This document shows, piece by piece, positions 27,726 to 37,613 of a stretch of 64,000 bases of DNA (its first letter is position 1; each line of letters opens with the position of its first letter). The DNA is from Bifidobacteriaceae bacterium (GTDB taxonomy: Bacteria > Actinomycetota > Actinomycetes > Actinomycetales > WQXJ01): the NCBI GenBank assembly GCA_031270825.1, contig JAISXH010000011.1:12231-76230 (forward strand). The letters run 5' to 3'. The notes under the pieces were generated by a model that was not told the origin of the DNA, searched no databases, and saw only the letters and a program-made list of their open reading frames with translations. The position numbers were made by a program, and so were the translations under genes.

Positions 27726-27741
27726 TCGAACAGGCGTTGTA
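27726..27741 (+). promoter_or_regulatory. Candidate LexA/SOS box TCGAACAGGCGTTGTA
   Basis: Matches actinobacterial TCGAAC-N4-GTTCGA with a perfect left half and 2 mismatches in the right half. Lies 5 nt downstream of the -10, just upstream of imuA'. Confidence 0.55.
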
Positions 27742-27750
27742 GGCAGGGAG

Positions 27751-28584
27751 GTGATTGCTGTGGCGACGGTTGTCTCTTCTTTGCCTGCGCGAGTAGCCCC
27801 CGCATCGGTACTGGACAAGGCCCGGCAAACGCTCCGGTTGGCGGAGGCGAAGACCGGAGCGCGGCCGGTTGGCGCCAATCCGGAGTTCCGCCCGCAGGTT
27901 TCCAGAGCGGTTTCCGGAGCGGTCTCCGGAGCGGTCACCGGAGCGGTCTCCGGAGCGGTCTCCGGGGCCATCTCCACAGCGGTCCCCAACCGGACGATGC
28001 CGTCTGGTCGCCCTGGGCCCGGCGGCCTCAGTGGCGCCGACCCGGCTATCCAGAAGGCGCCAGCTGACAGCCTGCGGACCTACTGGCGGCAACTCAGCCC
28101 GGCAGAACTGGCCGAATTGGCCGGGCCGCATTTCTTGCCGGGGACGGTGGTCCAGGTCAGTGGTTCGTTGGCGTCCTTTTGGGCGGTAGCCGCGACCGGC
28201 ATGGGGGAAGAGGACTGGGCGGGGATCGCCGGCTTGCCGGAGGCGGGCCTGCTGGCGGCGGCTGAGGCCGGTCTTGTTCTCAGCCGCACGGTGGTGGTTC
28301 CCAACCTGGGCCAGCAGCCGCTTCGAGTTTTGGCCGCCCTGGTGGACGCCTACGGCTTGGTGATGGCCGGCGGATTGGAACTGGGCGCGGGCGACCGCCG
28401 CCGGATTGAAGCACGGCTGCGCTTCACCGGCGGAAGGTTGGTCACCACCGGAGAATGGGGTGGCGCCAAGTTGATTGTCAGGGTTAAAGCGACGCATAAT
28501 CTGCCTTTGGGGGAAGGCCAAATCGCCGCCGGCCAGCCGCGCCTTGATTTTGAAATGGTCTGCAAGGGCGGCTTCGAGTCCTGA
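27751..28584 (+). CDS. imuA: ImuA'-like mutasome accessory protein
   Basis: First gene of the imuA'-imuB-dnaE2 arrangement, ~275 aa, with a RecA-fold-like core lacking a Walker A motif. Alternative start GTG 27760 has better SD spacing. Confidence 0.65.
   Translation: MIAVATVVSSLPARVAPASVLDKARQTLRLAEAKTGARPVGANPEFRPQVSRAVSGAVSGAVTGAVSGAVSGAISTAVPNRTMPSGRPGPGGLSGADPAIQKAPADSLRTYWRQLSPAELAELAGPHFLPGTVVQVSGSLASFWAVAATGMGEEDWAGIAGLPEAGLLAAAEAGLVLSRTVVVPNLGQQPLRVLAALVDAYGLVMAGGLELGAGDRRRIEARLRFTGGRLVTTGEWGGAKLIVRVKATHNLPLGEGQIAAGQPRLDFEMVCKGGFES
27904..27975 (+). repeat. 12-bp tandem repeat x6 (ggagcggtctcc), in frame in imuA', encodes (SGAV)n
   Basis: Units read directly at 27904, 27916, 27928, 27940, 27952 and 27964. 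Confidence 0.9.
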
Positions 28585-28586
28585 TC

Positions 28587-30185
28587 ATGAGCAGTGATGC
28601 TGTGGCGGCTATGGCGGCTGAGGCGCGGGTGGCTCGCCGGTTGGCGGCTATCTGGATTCCCGATTGGCCGGTGGTGGCGGCGATCGAGGCCGGGGCGGCG
28701 CCAGCGGAGCAGCCGATCATGGTGGCGGACGCCCATCGCGTCAAAGCGGTTAGCGCGGCGGCCAGGGCGGCCGGGGTCCGGCGCGGCATGAAACGGCGCA
28801 CAGCCGCCGCGCTCTGTCCCCAGGCCCAGATAGTGCCGGCTGACCAGGTGCGTGACAGTCGTGGCTTTGAAAGATTGGCCATGGTGGTGCACACCCTGGC
28901 GCCAGGGGTTGAATTGTTGCGGCCGGGCTTGATGATCTGCCCGGCCGCGGGCGCCAGCCGCTACTACGGCGGCGACGAGACCTTCGCCGAACACCTTCTG
29001 ACCGAGGTGGCGGCTCAGGTCGGCACCGAAGCCTGGGTCGGCGTGGCGGACGGCTTATTGGCCGCGATTCTGGCGGCCCGCGATGGCCGGGTGGTGGCGA
29101 GGGGAGAATCGCGCCGCTACCTGGCGCCCAGGCCGCTGAGCGACCTGGGGGTGGCTTTGGGCGGCACCGGGGCCGGCGAAAATCTGGGCGCGCTGATGGA
29201 TTTGTTGACAAGGTTGGGCGTCACAACCTTGGGCGGTCTGGCCCAGCTGCCGACCCGCAACGTGACCGAACGGTTCGGGGCGGTGGGGGTTTGGGCGCAG
29301 CGACTGGCCAGAGCCGAAGACGTGCTGACGGCCTTGGAACACAAGCTGCCCCGGCGGTTCGTGGCCGTCATAGAAGCCGATCCGCCCATGACACGGGTCG
29401 GCCAAGCCATCGTGGCGGCCCGGCAACTGGCAGCGGACCTCCACACCCAGTTGACCCAGCACGGCCGAACCTATGATCGGCTGCGTGTCAGCGCCATCAC
29501 CGAAACCGGCGAAGAACTGGAACGGACCTGGCGCCTGGATGGAGTCGACGCCGCCGGCGTCCAAGATCGGGTCCGCTGGCAACTCGAAGGCTGGCTGACC
29601 GGACGCAGCGGCCTGCTGCCGACAGGCGCGCTGATTCGGCTCAGCTTGGAGGCTGAGGAAGTGCGCCCGGCCGGGGCGGGCTCAGCCCGGTTGTGGGGGA
29701 CCAACGGCTACGCCGCGGCTAGGGCGGTGCGCGGCGCCGAACGGATTCACACCATGCTGGGAGGGCGTGGCGTCTATCAACCCGTGCTACAGGGTGGCCG
29801 CGAGCCCAGAGGCCGTGTCCGGCTGGTCGAATGGGGTGAGGACACCATTGCGCTCCGGCCGATCGAGCGGCCGTGGCCGGGCGCCGTGCCGGCGCCGTCC
29901 CCAAGTTTGATGCCGCCGAAACCGCTGCCGGTGGAATTGTCCGATTCGAACGGCCAGACCATCGCAGTCGGCTCCGCCCTGGAGTTGAGCGCCGAACCGG
30001 CCAGTTTGGACAAAGCCGCCGTCACCGGGTGGGCGGGTCCCTGGCCGGTGGTGGAGCAGTGGTGGGGGCTGGAGTCGAAACGACGTGTCTACCTTCAGGT
30101 CCAGGTGGAACGCGGCGGCAAAGAGCAGACCACCTTGTTGGCTTGCGAGTCCGGCCAATGGCGTTTGGAGGGCGTTTATGACTGA
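28587..30185 (+). CDS. imuB: ImuB, Y-family polymerase-like mutasome subunit
   Basis: N-terminus IWIPDWPVVAA is typical of ImuB. 532 aa, located between imuA' and dnaE2. Confidence 0.85.
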   Translation: MSSDAVAAMAAEARVARRLAAIWIPDWPVVAAIEAGAAPAEQPIMVADAHRVKAVSAAARAAGVRRGMKRRTAAALCPQAQIVPADQVRDSRGFERLAMVVHTLAPGVELLRPGLMICPAAGASRYYGGDETFAEHLLTEVAAQVGTEAWVGVADGLLAAILAARDGRVVARGESRRYLAPRPLSDLGVALGGTGAGENLGALMDLLTRLGVTTLGGLAQLPTRNVTERFGAVGVWAQRLARAEDVLTALEHKLPRRFVAVIEADPPMTRVGQAIVAARQLAADLHTQLTQHGRTYDRLRVSAITETGEELERTWRLDGVDAAGVQDRVRWQLEGWLTGRSGLLPTGALIRLSLEAEEVRPAGAGSARLWGTNGYAAARAVRGAERIHTMLGGRGVYQPVLQGGREPRGRVRLVEWGEDTIALRPIERPWPGAVPAPSPSLMPPKPLPVELSDSNGQTIAVGSALELSAEPASLDKAAVTGWAGPWPVVEQWWGLESKRRVYLQVQVERGGKEQTTLLACESGQWRLEGVYD

Positions 30186-33100
30186 TTACGCCGAACTCCA
30201 CGCCCACAGCGCTTTCAGTTTTCTGGACGGCTGCAGCCAGCCGGCGGACCTGGCCTACCAGGCGGCGAGGCTAGGGCTCAGCGCCATGGCCATAACCGAT
30301 CACGACGGGCTTTACGGCGTGGTGCAGTTCGCCGAGGCGGCTCGCGAGGTGGGCCTGCCGACCGTTTTCGGGGCTGAATTGACTTTGGACGGCGGCCCCG
30401 AGACGCCGGGCGCCAGCGATCCTCCTGGCACTCATCTGCTGGTGTTGGCGCGCGGGCCGGAAGGATATAAGCGCCTCAGCCGGTCGATCGCGCAAGCCTA
30501 TCTGGCCGTCCGCCATAAAGGGCCGCCGCGCTATGACCTGGACGCTTTGGCCGCCGCCAGCGGCGGCCAGTGGCTGATCTTGACAGGATGTCGCAAGGGC
30601 GCGGTTCGACGGGCGCTAGCTCAAGGTGGCGCCAAAACGGAACTGGACCAGTTAGTCCGCCTGTTCGGCCGCGACAACGTGGCGGTCGAGATCACCGATT
30701 CGGACAGCCCCGAGGATCCAGCCGTGATCGCGGCCCTGATGGAATTGGCCGCAGACGCCCGCCTGGCGCTGGTGGCCACCGGCAACGTCCATTACGCCCA
30801 GACCAGTCAGTTCGCCATGGCCGCCGCCATGGCGGCGATCCGCGGGCGTCGCAGCCTGGAGGAAATGGACGGATATCTGCCCGCCGGTCCCACGGCGGCG
30901 TTGCGTTCGGCAGGGCAGATGATCTCGCGCCTGGCCCGTCACGGCCCGGCGGCGGCCGCCGCCGTCGCCACCGCCGCCGAACTGGCCGCCGAATGCGCCT
31001 TCGATCTCAAGCTGGTCGCGCCCAAACTGCCGCCGGCCTATGTTCCCAAGGGCCACAACGAGGACAGCTGGTTGGAGCAGTTGACTTGGCGCGGCGCCGA
31101 ACGGCGCTACGGCCCGCGCCGCCCTGACAGCGCCAAGGCGTACCAGACCCTGGAGCGCGAGCTCACAGTCATCAAGGAGCTTGGATTCGCGGGCTACTTC
31201 CTGATCATGTATGAGATCGTCGAGTTCTGCGAAGAGCAGGGGATTCTCTGCCAGGGCAGGGGTTCGGCCGCCAACTCGGCCGTTTGCTACGCGCTCGGCA
31301 TCACCGCTGTCGACGCGGTCCGTTACGGCCTGCTGTTCGAACGCTTCTTGGCGCCGGAACGCGAGGGTTACCCCGACATCGACCTGGACATCGAGTCGGG
31401 CCGCCGCGAAGAGGTGATCCAGCACGTCTACCAGCGTTATGGCCGCGAACGGGCGGCGTTGGTCGGCGCGGTGATCTCTTATCGGCCGAAGCTGGCTTTG
31501 CGGGACGCGGCCCGCGCCCTTGGCCACGGCACGGGCCAGCAGGACGCCTGGTCCAAGCAGGTCGAACGCTGGGGCCATCTACATAGGGGCAAGGTCCGCT
31601 ATGTCCCCTGGGGACGCGGCGGCGCCGAGCCGGTCGACGCCGATGACGACCTGTCCGCCATCCCCGCCGATGTCCTGGCCCTGGCGGAATCGTTCATGCA
31701 TCTGCCGCGGCACCTGGGCATTCACCCCGGCGGCATGGTTTTGGCGGACCAGCCCGTGATCGAGGTCTGCCCCGTCCAGTGGGGGCGCATGGAGGACCGT
31801 TCGGTGTTGCAGTGGGACAAGGACGATGCCGCCAGCGCCGGCTTGGTCAAATTCGACCTGCTCGGCCTGGGCATGTTGGGCGCCATCCGGCTGGCGTTCG
31901 AGGAGATCGAGCGCAGCGAGGGTCGGCGTTGGCGAATGCACACCATCCCGCCGGAATGCCCGGAGGTCTATGACTTGTTGTGCGCGGCGGACACGGTGGG
32001 CGTTTTCCAGGTCGAGTCCAGAGCCCAGATCGCCACTTTGCCTCGCCTCAGGCCGCGGCGGTTTTACGACATCGTGGTGGAGGTGGCTTTGATCCGTCCG
32101 GGGCCAATCCAGGGCGGCTCGGTCCACCCCTACATCGAGCGGGTTCGGGGACGCGAACCCGTCACCTATGACCACGAGTTGGTGCGTCCGGCCTTGGAGC
32201 GAACCTTGGGTGTGCCGCTGTTCCAAGAGCAACTCATGCAAATGGCCATTTCAGCGGCGGGATTCAGCGCCGGTCAGGCCGACCAGTTGAGAAGGGCCAT
32301 GGGCTCGAAACGGTCGACCGAGCGGATGGAAGCGCTCAAAGAAGCTCTCCTGGCGGGGATGCGAGAACGTGGCGTGCCCGCCGCCGCGCGGTCCAAGATC
32401 TACGACCAATTGAAGGCCTTCTCGGATTTCGGTTTCCCCGAATCGCATTCGTTTTCCTTCGCCCTGATCGTCTACGTGTCCGCCTGGTTGAAGGTGTTCC
32501 ATCCGGCGGCCTTCTACGCCGCCATCTTGGCCTCGCAGCCGATGGGCTTCTATTCGCCGCAGTCGCTGGTGGCGGACGCCCGTCGCCACGGTTTGGCCGT
32601 GCGTGGGCCAGACATCCAGCGCTCAGCCGCGCAGGCTCGGGTCGAACGCGCCGGGCCAGGCGACCGGCCCTATTCGAAACTGCTCAAAGGCGACCCGGAA
32701 CTGGGCGTCAGACTGGGCTTGGCGGCGGTCCGCGGGATCGGCGCGAAGAAAGCGGAGGCCATCTGGACCGAACGCGACCAGGGCGGCCCCTTCCAATCGC
32801 TGACTGATTTGGCCCATCGCTGTGACCTCGCGCCGCGTCAAATGGAGGCCTTGGCCACGGCTGGGGCGCTGAGCGGTTTGGAGCCGGATCGCCGCAAGGC
32901 GCTGTGGGCGGCCGGGGCGACCGGCGCGGCCGCCCAATTGCCGGGCACCACTCCGGGCCTGCGGGCGCCGGCCTTGCCGGGCATGTCGGCTGAGGAGTTG
33001 GCCATAGCCGACATGTGGGCCACCGGCGTCACCCTGAGCGAATATCCAACCGTCCATGTCCGCAAAGAATTGACCGCCGCCGAGGTCGTTCCCAATAACC

Positions 33101-33396
33101 AGGTCGCGGACCACCCGAACGGCGAATGGATCAAAGTGGCCGGCGTGGTGACGCACCGTCAGCGTCCCGGCACCGCCGGGGGAGTGACCTTCCTCAATCT
33201 GGAGGACGAGACCGGCCAAGTCAACATAATCTGCACCGCCGACGTCTGGAACCGGTTCCGAAGAATCGGCCGCACGGCATCGGCCATGGTGGTGACGGGG
33301 AGATTGGAAAACCGCGACGGGACGGTCGGCGTCAAAGCCGGCCACTTGCATCCGCTTTATCTCAAGGTGCCGACCAAATCCCGCGATTTCCACTGA
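30178..33396 (+). CDS. dnaE2: Error-prone DNA polymerase III alpha homologue DnaE2 (ImuC)
   Basis: MTDYAELHAHSAFSFLDG PHP domain, ~1070 aa. Start trimmed to ATG 30178, overlapping the imuB stop by 8 nt. Confidence 0.93.
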   Translation: MTDYAELHAHSAFSFLDGCSQPADLAYQAARLGLSAMAITDHDGLYGVVQFAEAAREVGLPTVFGAELTLDGGPETPGASDPPGTHLLVLARGPEGYKRLSRSIAQAYLAVRHKGPPRYDLDALAAASGGQWLILTGCRKGAVRRALAQGGAKTELDQLVRLFGRDNVAVEITDSDSPEDPAVIAALMELAADARLALVATGNVHYAQTSQFAMAAAMAAIRGRRSLEEMDGYLPAGPTAALRSAGQMISRLARHGPAAAAAVATAAELAAECAFDLKLVAPKLPPAYVPKGHNEDSWLEQLTWRGAERRYGPRRPDSAKAYQTLERELTVIKELGFAGYFLIMYEIVEFCEEQGILCQGRGSAANSAVCYALGITAVDAVRYGLLFERFLAPEREGYPDIDLDIESGRREEVIQHVYQRYGRERAALVGAVISYRPKLALRDAARALGHGTGQQDAWSKQVERWGHLHRGKVRYVPWGRGGAEPVDADDDLSAIPADVLALAESFMHLPRHLGIHPGGMVLADQPVIEVCPVQWGRMEDRSVLQWDKDDAASAGLVKFDLLGLGMLGAIRLAFEEIERSEGRRWRMHTIPPECPEVYDLLCAADTVGVFQVESRAQIATLPRLRPRRFYDIVVEVALIRPGPIQGGSVHPYIERVRGREPVTYDHELVRPALERTLGVPLFQEQLMQMAISAAGFSAGQADQLRRAMGSKRSTERMEALKEALLAGMRERGVPAAARSKIYDQLKAFSDFGFPESHSFSFALIVYVSAWLKVFHPAAFYAAILASQPMGFYSPQSLVADARRHGLAVRGPDIQRSAAQARVERAGPGDRPYSKLLKGDPELGVRLGLAAVRGIGAKKAEAIWTERDQGGPFQSLTDLAHRCDLAPRQMEALATAGALSGLEPDRRKALWAAGATGAAAQLPGTTPGLRAPALPGMSAEELAIADMWATGVTLSEYPTVHVRKELTAAEVVPNNQVADHPNGEWIKVAGVVTHRQRPGTAGGVTFLNLEDETGQVNIICTADVWNRFRRIGRTASAMVVTGRLENRDGTVGVKAGHLHPLYLKVPTKSRDFH

Positions 33397-33432
33397 GTGT
33401 GATTTCCGGCGCTGATGTGGTAAAGCTGACGG

Positions 33433-34194
33433 GTGAGTCCGAACAGCGCGGAACCCCTAACGCGGCTGCAGGCGATGGTCGACGCCTCGAGCCGGATCGT
33501 CTTCTTCGGCGGCGCCGGCGTGTCGACCGAATCGGGGATTCCCGATTTTCGATCGGCCGAGGGCCTCTACACCGCCGGTGGCCCGATCCCGCCCGAAGTG
33601 ATCCTCTCGCGCAGCTTCTTTGAATCCCATCCCAGCGAGTTCTTCGACTTCCACCGCCGCAGCGTCCTGCACCCAGACGCCCAACCGAACGCCGCCCATC
33701 GCAAACTGGCCGAACTGGAACGAGCCGGACGCCTGTATGCGGTGGTGACGCAGAACATCGACGGCCTGCACCAAGCCGCCGGCTCGGTCAATGTGATCGA
33801 GTTGCACGGCTCGGCGCATCGCAACCACTGCCGCGATTGCGGCCGCCAATATTCCCTGGCCACCGTCTACGACGCCGCCGGGATCCCGCGCTGCGACTGC
33901 GGCGGCGTGATCGCCCCGGCGGTGGTGCTGTACGGGGACCCGCTCGACCACCATGTGATCTCCGCCGCGGTCGAGGCGATCGCGGCAGCCGACATGCTGA
34001 TCATCGGAGGCACCTCTTTGGTGGTCTACCCCGCCGCCGGCCTGGTGGACTACTTCGACGGCGACCGCTTGGTCGTCATCAACAAGGACGCCTCAGCGGG
34101 CTCGGGTCGCCTGGGCGGCCGGGCGCTGATCATCAACCAGGCGATCGGCGGCGTGCTGGGCCGAATCGAGGCCAAGCCGGTGGCTGTTGACTGA
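33433..34194 (+). CDS. cobB: NAD-dependent protein deacylase (sirtuin, CobB type)
   Basis: GAGVSTESGIPDFRS, TQNIDGLH, and Zn ribbon CRDCG...CDCGG. Confidence 0.9.
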   Translation: MSPNSAEPLTRLQAMVDASSRIVFFGGAGVSTESGIPDFRSAEGLYTAGGPIPPEVILSRSFFESHPSEFFDFHRRSVLHPDAQPNAAHRKLAELERAGRLYAVVTQNIDGLHQAAGSVNVIELHGSAHRNHCRDCGRQYSLATVYDAAGIPRCDCGGVIAPAVVLYGDPLDHHVISAAVEAIAAADMLIIGGTSLVVYPAAGLVDYFDGDRLVVINKDASAGSGRLGGRALIINQAIGGVLGRIEAKPVAVD

Positions 34195-35161
34195 GCGCGG
34201 GGCCCGGCCGGCCCGGCCGGGCGCCCGAACCGGACCGGTCCTGGGGGTTGGCGCCTACCTGCTGTGGGGTTTGCTGCCGCTGTATCTGCTGGCGGCCGAG
34301 CCGGCCGGAGCCCTCGAGGTGATCGCCCATCGCATCATTTGGTCGGCCCTCCTGCTGGCGCCGATCGCGGCGATGACCAAGCAGTGGGCCTCGCTGCGGC
34401 GGGCCCTGGCGAATCCCCGCGTGCTGGCGGTGCTGGCGTTGGCCGGGGTGGCGCTGACAGTCAATTGGCTGGTCTTTGTCTGGGCCGTGTATCACCATCA
34501 GTTGGTTGACGCGGCTCTCGGCTACTTCATAAACCCGCTGGTCAGCGTGCTCTTGGGGGTGGCTTTTCTAGGTGAGCGGTTGCGGGCGGCGCAATGGGCG
34601 GCGGTCGCGGTCGGGGCCGTGGCGGTGGTGGTGGTCGCGTTCGGCGCCTCCTCGTTTCCGGTGGTGGCCTTGGCCCTGGCGGGGAGTTTTGGCCTCTACG
34701 GGTACATCGAGAAGCGGGTTGGCGCCGGCCTGTCGGCGGTGGCGTCCCTGAGTGTGGAGACCTTGGTCGTGTTCCCGGTGGCGGCAATCTACGCGGGAGT
34801 GCTGGTGGCCCGGGGCGAGGGGGCGTTCTTAGCCCATGGCGCCGGGCACGCGCTGGTGATGGTGGGACTGGGCGCGGCCACGTTGGCGCCGTTGCTGTTG
34901 TTCAACGGCGCCGCCAGACGCATGCCGCTGTCGGTGCTGGGGTTGATCCAATACTTATGCCCGGTGATGCAGTTCATCACCGGCGTGCTGTTCCTGCGCG
35001 AGCCCATGCCGCCCGTCCGTTGGGCCGGATTCGCGCTTGTCTGGGTGGCGTTGACCATTCTTTCCGCCGATGCCGTCTGGCGCGCCCGGCGCACCGTCTC
35101 GCGTCGGCGGGCGGCCGCCTTGGCACAGGTATCGGCTAGGTCGCCTCGACCAGGGCTTTGA
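34187..35161 (+). CDS. rarD: RarD/EamA-family transporter
   Basis: GAYLLWGLLPLY, about 10 TM segments. TTG start overlaps the cobB stop. Confidence 0.82.
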   Translation: MTERGARPARPGARTGPVLGVGAYLLWGLLPLYLLAAEPAGALEVIAHRIIWSALLLAPIAAMTKQWASLRRALANPRVLAVLALAGVALTVNWLVFVWAVYHHQLVDAALGYFINPLVSVLLGVAFLGERLRAAQWAAVAVGAVAVVVVAFGASSFPVVALALAGSFGLYGYIEKRVGAGLSAVASLSVETLVVFPVAAIYAGVLVARGEGAFLAHGAGHALVMVGLGAATLAPLLLFNGAARRMPLSVLGLIQYLCPVMQFITGVLFLREPMPPVRWAGFALVWVALTILSADAVWRARRTVSRRRAAALAQVSARSPRPGL

Positions 35162-35759
35162 GATTGATCAGTTGACGGCGCGTGACCCAGAACCAGAGCC
35201 AGTTGGTGAAGGCGGTGACGAAACCGACCCATTTGAGGGTCCAATAGGACCGCTCGCGCACCAGCAGGCGGGTGGCGCCTCCCTCGATCGGCTTGATCAC
35301 GAAAGTCCATGACTTGACCCAGGGTTGGAGGGGTAGCTGGTGTTCGTCCGCCAGCAGGACGATCGCCCGATTGGGCTCGATCTCGTGGACATGGAAGACC
35401 ATTGAGTCGATCAGGTCGATCACGTCGTCGGCCTTGAGATCTTGGAAGTCTTGGATGATCGTGGAGGCGGAGATGGTCGGAGCGGAGGAGAATTGGGAAA
35501 TCAAGGCGTCATAGGAATACCAGCCGGCCCGGCCGGTGCCCATCTGGACCAGCCACGGCCAGACCGATTCGGGTGGCGCTTGAATGGTTATAGCTCTGGT
35601 GGAATGGAAGACCGGGCTTGGCACCAGCTCGTCACCGGGAAGTGGCGCACTGCGTTCGTGCGGAGTAGCTCCCCAGCCGCTGTGCAGCCGGGGTCCCACA
35701 ATCGCTATCCCGGCCGTCGCCAGTCCGGCCCCAAGGGCCAAGGCGCCGCGCAGCTTCAT
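35136..35759 (-). CDS. SRPBCC-family protein with N-terminal signal/anchor
   Basis: Trimmed to ATG 35759 (MKLRGALALGAGLATAGIA). Contains ITIQAPPESVWPWLVQMGTGRAGWYSYD. Confidence 0.62.
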   Translation of the reverse strand: MKLRGALALGAGLATAGIAIVGPRLHSGWGATPHERSAPLPGDELVPSPVFHSTRAITIQAPPESVWPWLVQMGTGRAGWYSYDALISQFSSAPTISASTIIQDFQDLKADDVIDLIDSMVFHVHEIEPNRAIVLLADEHQLPLQPWVKSWTFVIKPIEGGATRLLVRERSYWTLKWVGFVTAFTNWLWFWVTRRQLINLKALVEAT

Positions 35760-35805
35760 TTGACAATCATGGCACAAGGTTGACTCAGGTGTGATCTGGG
35801 TCACA

Positions 35806-36927
35806 TTAGGTTGAGACTTCGGCGGCGTCGGCGTCATCCAGTGTTCCGCTGAATTCAGCGCTCATCGCGCGCAGGCGCGAGAAGACCGCCCAACAGACGG
35901 CCACCACCGGCACCGCCACGATGGCGCCGACAACACCGGCGGTCAGCGCGCCGGCCACCACCGCCACGGCCACGGCCACGGGATGGAGTTGGACCTGTTT
36001 GGACATGATCAGCGGCTGCAACAGGTGGCCTTCGATCTGCCCGATCAGCGCCACCAGCGCCACCACCGCCAGTGCCCACCACGGCCCTTTGGCGGCCAGG
36101 GCCACCACTATGGCCACTGTCATGGCGATGGCGGAGCCGACGTAGGGGATGAATGTTCCCATCGAGACCAGCACGCCGATCGGGGTGGCCAGCGGTATCC
36201 CCATGAAGGCCAGGGCCAGGCCGGCGAACAGGCCGTTGGTGACTCCCACGATCACGATTCCGCGGGTGTAACCGGAGAAGGTGGTCCAGGCGGCCTGGCC
36301 GGCGGCGTCGATCCGACGGGCGGTGTCGCTGCGGAATTGGCCCAGCAGCCAGCGCCAGATCGAACTGCCGGAGTTGATGAAGAAGACCGAGCAGAACAGC
36401 GCCAGAATGAGCGCGGTCAGAACTTCGGCGACCAGTCCGAACCGGTTGATGACTTCGCCCACCAGGGTGGAGGAGTTGCGCCGGATCCAGTCGGCCAAGT
36501 TGTCGCCCAGGGTGCCCAGATCGAGGTCGTCGAGGGGCGCCGGCAGCCGGGAGAGCATGTCGTTGATGGTGTCGATGCCGTTGATCAACTCGTCGGTCAG
36601 GCGGGGGATCTGGTTGGCGACGCTGACGCCCACAAACGTGCCGATGCCGCCAATCGCCGCCACCGCGACAATGAACGCGATGGCCGTGGCCAATTGCCGG
36701 GGCATCCAGGCGATGCGGTCGATCAGATTGACCAGCGGCCTCAGCACCGAGGTGATGACCAAAGCCACGAACAGCGCCACGGCCACCAGCTCGACTTGCA
36801 TGATCCCGCGCACGGCGATGTAGGTGGCCGCGACCAGCACCAGTAGACGCCAGGCGTTGCCGGCGCCGACCTGGAGCCAACGGGGCACGCCATCGGCTCG
36901 ATCTGCCAGGGGGGACGCCTTTTTCAT
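35806..36927 (-). CDS. AI-2E family transporter (second copy)
   Basis: Trimmed to ATG 36927, preceded by AGGAG. Multi-TM with an AI-2E-like layout. Confidence 0.8.
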   Translation of the reverse strand: MKKASPLADRADGVPRWLQVGAGNAWRLLVLVAATYIAVRGIMQVELVAVALFVALVITSVLRPLVNLIDRIAWMPRQLATAIAFIVAVAAIGGIGTFVGVSVANQIPRLTDELINGIDTINDMLSRLPAPLDDLDLGTLGDNLADWIRRNSSTLVGEVINRFGLVAEVLTALILALFCSVFFINSGSSIWRWLLGQFRSDTARRIDAAGQAAWTTFSGYTRGIVIVGVTNGLFAGLALAFMGIPLATPIGVLVSMGTFIPYVGSAIAMTVAIVVALAAKGPWWALAVVALVALIGQIEGHLLQPLIMSKQVQLHPVAVAVAVVAGALTAGVVGAIVAVPVVAVCWAVFSRLRAMSAEFSGTLDDADAAEVST

Positions 36928-36996
36928 GCTCCTAGTCTGGCCCGACCCGGGCCATCGGTCGAACCGAGGGGCCATGGTATCTTGTCTTCGCGTCCA

Positions 36997-37082
36997 GTCC
37001 GAGTGGCGGAATAGGCAGACGCGCTAGCTTGAGGTGCTAGTGCCCTTTACGGGGCGTGGGGGTTCAAGTCCCCCCTCGGACA
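36997..37082 (+). tRNA. tRNA-Leu (anticodon GAG)
   Basis: Acceptor GTCCGAG/CTCGGAC. Anticodon stem CTAGC/GCTAG with loop TTGAGGT. Long variable arm and T-arm GGGGG-TTCAAGT-CCCCC. No encoded CCA. Confidence 0.9.
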
Positions 37083-37155
37083 CTGCAAACCAACAGGTCA
37101 GAAGGTCTCACCTAACTGGCGCCAGGCTCTGCCCGGCGGAGTCGCGGCCAAGCCT

Positions 37156-37539
37156 TCAATTGGAGGGGCGCCCGCGCAGGCGGTCGAGTTGACGGCGTTC
37201 GGCCTTGGTCGGGCGTCCCGAGCCGCGCTCGCGCAGGGCCAGCGGGACGGCTGCGGCCGCCTTCGGCGGCGGCGGCGGCGAATGGTCCTCGTAAGCCTCT
37301 GCCGCCAAGATCGCGCTAACGCGCTTGACCAGCGGTTTGACCACAATCACAATGCGTTCGCGAGGACCGCCGCGAACATGGACCTCGTCGCCCGGGCCGA
37401 CCAAGTGGGAGGGCTTGGCCTTCTCGCCGCGCACCCGGACATGTCCGGCCTTGCAGGCCGCCGCCGCCAGCGAACGGGACTTGAACAGCCTGGCCGCCCA
37501 CAGCCAAGAGTCCACTCGCGCCTTGTCCACGCGGTCCAT
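37156..37539 (-). CDS. RNA-binding S4-domain protein (Hsp15-like)
   Basis: RVDSWLWAARLFKSRSLAAAACKAGHVRVRGEKAKPS. Trimmed to ATG 37539. Confidence 0.8.
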   Translation of the reverse strand: MDRVDKARVDSWLWAARLFKSRSLAAAACKAGHVRVRGEKAKPSHLVGPGDEVHVRGGPRERIVIVVKPLVKRVSAILAAEAYEDHSPPPPPKAAAAVPLALRERGSGRPTKAERRQLDRLRGRPSN

Positions 37540-37613
37540 TTCACCACATTCAGATGCGACGCATGGTCGGGCCATGACCCCGGCCACCTTGGCTGGGAAG
37601 CTAACCTGGGACC

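Noticed and set aside
20999-27975. Tandem repeat arrays considered as possible CRISPR.
   Set aside because: Units are 8-24 bp and directly abutting with no unique spacers. There are no cas genes in the window.
33433-34194. SIR2-domain protein as a possible anti-phage (Thoeris/DSR-type) effector.
   Set aside because: Small (253 aa) canonical sirtuin with GAGVSTESGIPDFRS and a Cys4 zinc ribbon. It has no fused sensor domain and no partner defence genes. It sits between dnaE2 and rarD as ordinary CobB.
36997-37155. tRNA-Leu as an integration hotspot with an adjacent island.
   Set aside because: No repeat of the tRNA 3' end was found downstream, and the flanking genes (AI-2E transporter, S4-domain protein, proC) look like core genes.
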